From Candidatus Methylomirabilia bacterium (GTDB lineage Bacteria > Methylomirabilota > Methylomirabilia > Rokubacteriales > CSP1-6), in assembly GCA_046758965.1 (NCBI GenBank), contig JBHIBG010000008.1, positions 2,910 through 66,909 on the forward strand: 64,000 nt of DNA. Direction: 5' to 3'. This document shows positions 58,068 to 64,000 of this stretch, piece after piece (position 1 is the first letter of the stretch; each line of letters starts with the position of its first letter). The notes under the pieces were generated by a model. The model did no database searches. It had not been told where the DNA came from and was given only the letters and a program-made list of their open reading frames with translations. Position numbers and translations under genes: made by a program.

Positions 58068-59102
58068 ATGGCGGAGCTCGCCTCCCGCCGCTACGCAGTG
58101 TCCGACGCGATCGACGCCATCGAGCTCTACTTCGACAAGGGCTGGGCCGATGGCCTGCCCGTGGTCCCCCCAACCGAGGAGCGCATCTGCGCCATGTTGG
58201 AGGCTGCCGGGCTCCCCCCGGAGCAGGAGGTGACCTTCGTCGAGCACCGGCGAGTCTCGGTGACCGCCGAGAAGGTGGCGATCAACGCCGTCATGGCGGG
58301 CTGCAGGCGCGAGTATATGCCGGTGGTGGTGGCCGCCATCGAGGCGATTGGAGATTCCCGCTGGGGCTACCATGGCCCCGCGACTTCCACCGGCGGTTCC
58401 GCGGTGCTGATGATCGTCAACGGTCCGGTGGCGAAGGAGCTCGGGATCAACAGCGGCGACAACCTGTTCGGCCCCGGGTGGCGAGCCAACGCGACGATCG
58501 GGCGCGCGGTGCGGCTGGTCATGCGGAACGTCATCGGGACGCTCCCGGGAGCGCTGGACCGGAGCACGCTCGGGCATTCCGGGAAATACACCTACCTCAT
58601 CGCCGAGAACGAAACGGAGAGCCCCTGGCCGCCGCTTCACGTGGAACGGGGCTTTCGGCCCGAGCAGAGCGCCGTGACTGTGCTTGCCGCGGAGGCCCCC
58701 CACCAGTTCTACAACCAGCTCTCCCGCACGGCCGAGGGCATCCTGACCACGCTCTGCGATGACATGCGGATTTCAGGCACGGCGGTGGCCCAGCCGCAGT
58801 ATGTGGTCGTCCTCGCGGGGGAGCACATGAGGACGATCGCGGCCGACGGCTGGTCCAAGGGTGACATCCGTAAGTTTGTCTTCGAGCAGACCCACCGGAC
58901 GGTGGCCCACCTCAAGCGGACGCACCGGCTCCCGGGCGAGGTGGCGCCGGAGGACGAGACCACCCTGCGCCCGCTGGTCCGCTCTCCCGAGGAGATCCTC
59001 GTGGTGGCGGCGGGCGGACGGGCCGGGGCTTTCTCGGCGTACATCCCGGGGTGGGGCGGTGTCCGGACCTCTCAGAGCGTGACGAAGGGCATTCGCGTGT
59101 GA
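58068..59102 (+). CDS. Conserved hypothetical protein, partner of the UGSC selenoprotein
   Basis: GWADGLPVVPPTEERI, EKVAINAVMAGC, ATSTGG, NGP, RANATIGRA, ENE..SPW. From recall, this type of protein is found next to UGSC genes. Confidence 0.75.
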   Translation: MAELASRRYAVSDAIDAIELYFDKGWADGLPVVPPTEERICAMLEAAGLPPEQEVTFVEHRRVSVTAEKVAINAVMAGCRREYMPVVVAAIEAIGDSRWGYHGPATSTGGSAVLMIVNGPVAKELGINSGDNLFGPGWRANATIGRAVRLVMRNVIGTLPGALDRSTLGHSGKYTYLIAENETESPWPPLHVERGFRPEQSAVTVLAAEAPHQFYNQLSRTAEGILTTLCDDMRISGTAVAQPQYVVVLAGEHMRTIAADGWSKGDIRKFVFEQTHRTVAHLKRTHRLPGEVAPEDETTLRPLVRSPEEILVVAAGGRAGAFSAYIPGWGGVRTSQSVTKGIRV

Positions 59103-59128
59103 TGGCAGGGAGGCAGAAGGAGGGGAGA

Positions 59129-59665
59129 ATGGGCACGATTCAGGTATTTGATCCGACCACGGAGGCACGCGAGCAGAGCATGGTGTATGCTCCTCGGCCC
59201 GACTCCCTCAGCGGGAAGCGGGTTGGGCTCGTCGAGAACACGAAGTTCAACTCGGACGTCCTCCTCCTCAAGATCGGCAAGGTCCTGGAGGACGAGTACG
59301 GCGCGGCGGGGAGCGTGCTCTGGCGGAAGCTCAACTCCAGCGTGCCGGCCCACGAGGAGATCCTCGAAGACGCCAGGGGCCGGGCGGATGTCGTGCTCGC
59401 CGGGATCGGAGACTGAGGGTCCTGCTCGTCGGGCAGTGTGCTCGACGCGATCCTCTTCGAGCAACAGGGCATGCCTGCTGCCTCCATCGTCACTGACCTC
59501 TTCGAGCGCACGGGCCGGGCCATGGCCGAGACCTGGGGGGTCCCGCGCTTCAAGTTTCTGCTGATGCCCCACCCCATCGCCAATCTCACCGAGGCCGAGC
59601 TGGAGCAGAGGGCCCGGGAGATTGCCCCGGAAGTCGTCAAGCTCCTGCTTCAGGGCCAGGAGTAA
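59129..59665 (+). CDS. UGSC-family selenoprotein (178 aa, Sec at codon 96)
   Basis: The two track ORFs (ending 59416 and starting 59438) are in frame and read GIGD-U-GSC-SSGSV across TGA 59414-59416. SECIS downstream; RBS AGGAGG. Confidence 0.92.
59427..59447 (+). promoter_or_regulatory. Bacterial SECIS element
   Basis: CGTCGGGCA-GTG-TGCTCGACG hairpin with one G-U pair, starting 10-11 nt after the UGA, with G in the apical loop. Confidence 0.8.
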
Positions 59666-59898
59666 GGGAAGGTCCTCCCGCGCCCACCGTCGCACGCGCC
59701 AGAAGCCGACTCCGGGGGGCCCGGGCTGCGGGGCCGTGTGGCGTGCCTCACGATTGCCCCTGGGCTCCTTGCCGTGGTCCGCGCGGGGAGGCCTCGAGTG
59801 ACCGCGGAGATCACCGGAGCCACCCCGAGCAGGAGGTGGTATGCTGTTCTAAAGCTGCGGGAATAGGGATTCTCCCCGAATTGTTTTACGGATAGAGT

Positions 59899-60465
59899 GT
59901 GGCGACCAACGACAGGGGTCGGGAGTTCGAACAAGCAGCCCTGGTGCACCTCGACCGGGTCTTCCAGCTGGCCCTCCGGCTCTGCGGGAATCGGGCTGAG
60001 GCCCAGGATCTGGCACAGGAGACTTTCCTCCGGGCCTTCCGCCACTTCGATCAGTTCGATCCCGGGACCAACTGTCGGGCGTGGCTCTTCGCGATTCTGC
60101 GGAATACGTTCATCAACCGGGTGAAGCGGCAGGGGAGGGAGCTCCTCGGCCTGGAGGATGGGGCATCGGAGCGACGGGAGGGCGAGTCCTCCGAGATGAC
60201 GGCGGCCATTGCCAGCCCGGAGGAGGAGTTTTTTCGGCACGTGGTGGACTCGGATGTGCTCGCTGCGCTGGAGAGGTTGCCGCTCAGCTTCCGGGAGGTG
60301 GTCCTGCTGGCCGACGTGGAGGAGTGTTCGTACAAGGAGATCGGCCAGATCTGCGGGCTACCGCTCGGCACCGTGATGTCCCGGCTCTTCCGAGGACGTC
60401 AGATGTTACGGCAAGCCCTGGTCGCAGCGGGCCGCGAGCGCCGGGGCATCGGGAGGGAAGCATGA
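59899..60465 (+). CDS. ECF RNA polymerase sigma factor
   Basis: AQDLAQETFLRA, AWLFAILRN, region 4 SYKEIGQICGLPLGTVMSRLFRGR. Confidence 0.93.
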   Translation: MATNDRGREFEQAALVHLDRVFQLALRLCGNRAEAQDLAQETFLRAFRHFDQFDPGTNCRAWLFAILRNTFINRVKRQGRELLGLEDGASERREGESSEMTAAIASPEEEFFRHVVDSDVLAALERLPLSFREVVLLADVEECSYKEIGQICGLPLGTVMSRLFRGRQMLRQALVAAGRERRGIGREA

Positions 60466-61298
60466 CCTGCGAGGAGCTTCGCAGCCGCCTGGAGGCCCAT
60501 CTCGACGGCGAGCTGGACGTTGCGCATTCGCTGGAAGCGGACGAGCACTTGACCTTCTGCATGTCCTGCCAGTGGGCGTACGCCAGGGAGCGGGAGCTCC
60601 GTCAGGTGCTGAAGACCCGGCTGCCTCGCGTGACTGCGCCTGCCGAGCTTCACGCACGGGTCCGGACGGCCATCCGCGCCGCCGATCGCCGGGATCGGTG
60701 GGGCTCGGTTCCCCGCCTTGTTCGCTGGGGACTGCTCCCCGCGGTTGCCGCCGCGCTGGTGCTTATGGTCCTGACCGTGAGCCTGCGCGAGCCGGTTGTC
60801 AGCCCGCCGCCGCTCGCGGTGGCCGGGTTGGTGGGCAAGCATCAGATGTACTCCCGCCTGGACGCCCCCGCGGAGATCGCCAGCGCCAGCTACGAGACGG
60901 TGGGGGGCTGGTTGCGGCAGCGGGTCCGGTTCGAGGTGCCAGTGCCCGACTTCACCTCAGCGGGGATCCGCCTGGTCGGCGCACGGCTCTCGGACCTGGG
61001 CGATCGTGAGGTCGCCTATCTTCTCTACGAGAAGGAAGGAACCCTGGTTTCCCTCTTCGGGTTTCCCAAGCGCGGGCTCGCGCTTCCCGTAGAGGGATGG
61101 GTCGAGCTGGGGGACTCTCGCTTCTACGCGAAGAGGGTGGAAGGGGTCGAGGTCGTGCTCTGGACGCAGGGTGACCTGGCCTATGCGCTCGTCTCACCGC
61201 TCAGTCGAGAGACGCTCTTCCAATGCGCTCTGACCGTCTGGCGCCTCGCTGGCTCCGAGGCGGTCCCTGGCCCCCGCCCCGCTTCCCGAGTGTATTAG
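60462..61298 (+). CDS. Zinc-binding (ZAS, zf-HC2) transmembrane anti-sigma factor
   Basis: MTCEE...HLDGEL...HLTFCMSC (HxxxCxxC), one TM helix, periplasmic LVGARL domain. ATGA overlap with the sigma gene. Confidence 0.9.
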   Translation: MTCEELRSRLEAHLDGELDVAHSLEADEHLTFCMSCQWAYARERELRQVLKTRLPRVTAPAELHARVRTAIRAADRRDRWGSVPRLVRWGLLPAVAAALVLMVLTVSLREPVVSPPPLAVAGLVGKHQMYSRLDAPAEIASASYETVGGWLRQRVRFEVPVPDFTSAGIRLVGARLSDLGDREVAYLLYEKEGTLVSLFGFPKRGLALPVEGWVELGDSRFYAKRVEGVEVVLWTQGDLAYALVSPLSRETLFQCALTVWRLAGSEAVPGPRPASRVY

Positions 61299-61303
61299 AA
61301 TCC

Positions 61304-61843
61304 GTGCGCTCCATATTGAGCGGGCTCCTCTGCGTGCTCGTCGTCATGGCGAGCGCTGGCGAGATCGCCTCCGCCAAGGACCCCTTCAGGGCCTTGGGGC
61401 TGATCAGGCCGGCTCGGGTCCAGCCGGCCCCCGCCTTCACCCTATCCACGCCGACGGGAGTGCCCCTCAAGCTGGGTGATCACAGAGGGAAGGTCGTGCT
61501 CGTCAATTTCTGGGCCACCTGGTGCCGACCCTGCCTTGAAGAGATGCCCGCCATGGAGCGGCTGTACAGGCGGTTTCGGGAGAACGGATTCACCATTGTG
61601 GCCATTTCGGTCGACGCTGAGGGAGGACCGATCGTCGGCCCATTCCTCGAAAAGCACGAGCTGACCTTCCCGGTCGGGCTCGACCCCGAGATGGCCGTGG
61701 CCGAGCTCTATCGCGTGCAGGGGATCCCGAGGAGCTTTCTCATCGACCGGGAGGGGAACCTGCTCGCCCAGGCCATCGGCCCTCGCGAGTGGGATAGCAC
61801 GGACGCCCGCGCGCTGATTACGCACCTGTTGAGGCGCGGGTAG
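61304..61843 (+). CDS. TlpA/ResA-like thiol-disulfide oxidoreductase
   Basis: N-terminal hydrophobic segment, NFWATWCRPCLEEMP, GIP.SFLIDREG. Confidence 0.92.
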   Translation: MRSILSGLLCVLVVMASAGEIASAKDPFRALGLIRPARVQPAPAFTLSTPTGVPLKLGDHRGKVVLVNFWATWCRPCLEEMPAMERLYRRFRENGFTIVAISVDAEGGPIVGPFLEKHELTFPVGLDPEMAVAELYRVQGIPRSFLIDREGNLLAQAIGPREWDSTDARALITHLLRRG

Positions 61844-61853
61844 GAAGACCGGG

Positions 61854-62597
61854 ATGGGTCTGGACGAATCTCTCGGCATCGCTGTGGCCTTTTCCGCCGG
61901 CCTGCTCTCCTTCCTCTCCCCCTGCGTGCTCCCGCTGTTCCCCTCCTACCTTTCCCTGATCACCGGCATGTCGGTCCCCGCGCTTGCAGCAGAGGTCAGC
62001 GGGCAGGCGCGCCGGAAAGTCATGGCGCACTCGCTCGCCTTCATCGTTGGGTTCTCCTTGGTATTCGTGGCCCTCGGCGCGTCGTTCAGCGCCGCCGGCC
62101 AGCTCCTGCTGGATTACCGCGATTGGATCCGGCAGGTGGGGGGCGCCCTCATCATCGTCTTCGGCCTTTACATCGGGGGGTTCCTCCGCATTGGCTGGCT
62201 CAACCGCACCAAGCAGCTTCAGATCACGACTCATCCAGGCAGCGCTGCCGGCTCTCTTCTTGTGGGGGTGACCTTCGCGATCGGGTGGACCCCGTGTGTG
62301 GGACCGATCCTGGGTTCGATCCTCTCCCTGGCCGGGACTGCGGAGACCTTCGGGAATGGTGTGGGGCTCCTCGTGGCTTACTCCATCGGGCTCGCCGTGC
62401 CGTTCTTCCTCTCCTCGCTGGCGCTGGGGGGATTCCTGGGCTTCTTCAAACGCTACCGCCCGCTGATGGGGGTGGTGGAGCGCACCGCGGGCGTCCTCTT
62501 GGTGATCGTAGGGCTCCTCGTGCTCACCAACTACTTCGCCGTCCTCAATTCCTACGCCATCAGCCTCACCCCCGAGTGGCTCTTCAAGTACCTCTAG
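61854..62597 (+). CDS. ccdA: Cytochrome c biogenesis protein CcdA
   Basis: AGLLSFLSPCVLPL and GWTPCVGPIL motifs. Confidence 0.93.
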   Translation: MGLDESLGIAVAFSAGLLSFLSPCVLPLFPSYLSLITGMSVPALAAEVSGQARRKVMAHSLAFIVGFSLVFVALGASFSAAGQLLLDYRDWIRQVGGALIIVFGLYIGGFLRIGWLNRTKQLQITTHPGSAAGSLLVGVTFAIGWTPCVGPILGSILSLAGTAETFGNGVGLLVAYSIGLAVPFFLSSLALGGFLGFFKRYRPLMGVVERTAGVLLVIVGLLVLTNYFAVLNSYAISLTPEWLFKYL

Positions 62598-62641
62598 AGT
62601 GCCCCCTTCAATTTGCCCCGCATTTCTGCCATCCTAGCGCC

Positions 62642-63553
62642 ATGGATCGGGTGCGCGTATGCGTGCCGGCCACCTCCGCGAACCTCGGGCCGGCATTTGA
62701 TGCCTTGGGCCTGGCCTTGGCCCTCCACAATGAGGTGACCCTGGAGCCCGCGGATTCAGTGGTGGTCACCATCGAGGGGGAGGGCGCCTCCCAGCTCGAC
62801 CGGACCGCCAATAACGTGGTGGTGAGGGGGGCCCGAGCCGTCTATGAGCTGGTCGGGCGTCGGTTCACCGGGCTCAAGGTCGCCTGCGTGAACCGCATCC
62901 CTCCGAGCCGGGGCCTCGGGTCCAGCGCTGCGGCCTGGCTCGGTGGGATAGCCGGGGCCAACGCCCTCCTCGGTGAACCGCTGGATGGGCAGGGGCTCCT
63001 TGACCTCGCCGCCTCACGGGAGGGGCACCCGGACAACGTCGCGGCTGCGCTCTTGGGCGGCCTCACCGTATCCTGCTGGAACGGCGGAAAGGTCTTGGCG
63101 GTCTCCCTTCCGGTTCCCGTTGAAATCAGCTGGGTGGTGCTGGCTCCCGAGGTTGAAGGCTCTACGGCCGAGGCGAGGGCTGTGCTCCCTCAGAGCGTGC
63201 CGCGAGCCGACGCGGTGTTCAACCTCCAGCGCGTGGCCCTCTTTCTCGGCGGGCTCCAACTCAAGCGCCAGGATCTGCTCGCGGTGGCCATGGAGGACCG
63301 GCTCCACCAGCCCTATCGGCGTCGCCTCTTTCCCTGGATGGAGGCCGTGGTCGCCGCTGCGCGCGCCGCGGGGGCGATCGGGTGCGTTCTGAGTGGGGCC
63401 GGTCCCTCGCTCCTTGCCGCCGCGCCCCACTCCCCCGAGGCCGTGGGGCGCGCGATGGAGAGGGCCCTCGCCCAGGCGGGCGTTCAGGGGCGAGCCCACG
63501 TCCTGAAGGTTGACCGTGCCGGGACGGTTTGGGAGGTTGGACAAGGGCCTTGA
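62642..63553 (+). CDS. thrB: Homoserine kinase
   Basis: VPATSANLGPAFDALGLAL, IPPSRGLGSSAA, EGHPDNV, DRLHQPYR, LSGAGPS. Confidence 0.95.
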   Translation: MDRVRVCVPATSANLGPAFDALGLALALHNEVTLEPADSVVVTIEGEGASQLDRTANNVVVRGARAVYELVGRRFTGLKVACVNRIPPSRGLGSSAAAWLGGIAGANALLGEPLDGQGLLDLAASREGHPDNVAAALLGGLTVSCWNGGKVLAVSLPVPVEISWVVLAPEVEGSTAEARAVLPQSVPRADAVFNLQRVALFLGGLQLKRQDLLAVAMEDRLHQPYRRRLFPWMEAVVAAARAAGAIGCVLSGAGPSLLAAAPHSPEAVGRAMERALAQAGVQGRAHVLKVDRAGTVWEVGQGP

Positions 63554-63578
63554 CGGCCCCCGAGGCGTCTGCTAAGGT
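63550..63578 (+). promoter_or_regulatory. Sigma70-type promoter with extended -10
   Basis: TTGACG-17 bp-TAAGGT, with TG-N immediately before the -10 box. Confidence 0.55.
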
Positions 63579-63816
63579 TCCCTCAACGTTTTCCCTTCTC
63601 TCTATCTGGAACGTATCGATCTGGAAGACGACACGTAGAGACTCCTGACGCGCTCACCGATGGCTCCCGACGTACGTTCCGGCTCAATCGTCTTGTCCAT
63701 CCGGAGGCTCCCCCTCCAGAGAGCGGGATGCCGGGCGATTCCAGGTGTCCGTGGGCAGCCGCGTCCGGTCGAGCCCGAACCCGATTTAACCTTCACCCGT
63801 CAGGGAGATCAGGCCG

Positions 63817-64000
63817 ATGGACTTCCAGGATAAAGTGCTGGAGTGTCGGGAGTGCGGGAAGGAGTTCCTCTTCTCAGCGGGCGAGCAGGCCTTCTATGCC
63901 GAGAAGGGTTTTCAGCACCAGCCGTCCCGCTGCAGGGACTGCCGGGGTGCCCGGCGGCCGGGGAGTGAGCGGGGGGCCTCCGGGGCGCGACAGCTCTTCG
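63817..64000 (+). CDS. Zinc-ribbon domain protein (zf-trcl type), truncated by the window end
   Basis: MDFQDKVLECRECGKEFLFSAGEQAFYAEKGFQHQPSRCRDCR; RBS GGGAG. Confidence 0.88.
   Translation, partial: MDFQDKVLECRECGKEFLFSAGEQAFYAEKGFQHQPSRCRDCRGARRPGSERGASGARQLF

Noticed and set aside
59100-59102. TGA ending the UGSC partner gene as a further Sec read-through or fusion
   Set aside because: The downstream UGSC gene is in a different frame with its own RBS, and no SECIS-like hairpin follows this TGA.
62123-62641. N-terminal extensions in track ORFs (thrB, anti-sigma, FAD oxidase, OM barrel, DUF790, MaoC 54179-54952)
   Set aside because: The extensions overlap upstream genes in another frame; family-typical starts lie downstream, so these are not true fusions.

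Overview
High-GC, gene-dense bacterial window. The metabolic gene content (acyl-CoA dehydrogenases, MaoC dehydratases, branched-chain ABC transporters, UGSC protein) suggests an uncultured soil/groundwater lineage such as Rokubacteria/Methylomirabilota, but that is inference only. About 70 CDSs were read by eye; no rRNA, tRNA, CRISPR array, integrase or transposase was recognised. Main points: (1) Two selenoprotein genes that the ORF track splits or misses, each with an in-frame TGA and a SECIS-like hairpin starting about 11 nt downstream. One is an 83-aa AhpD/CMD-fold protein with an unusual N-x-x-U site (18421-18672), leading an operon with an unknown protein and a HemK-type methyltransferase; the other is a UGSC-family protein (59129-59665). 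(2) An accessory/defence island at about 7190-14960: XPB-like helicase + DUF790/Bax1 nuclease, CcbP-like protein, 554-aa unknown, nucleotidyltransferase-zinc-ribbon fusion, Mrr, truncated HicA/HicB and a Doc-type TA pair. It carries a 36-bp direct repeat pair and integron-cassette-like borders. (3) A tandem two-domain acyl-CoA dehydrogenase with complementary motif loss. (4) One binding protein serving two complete LivHMGF sets. (5) A candidate structured ncRNA near 38.4 kb. All protein family calls come from motif recognition, not database searches.
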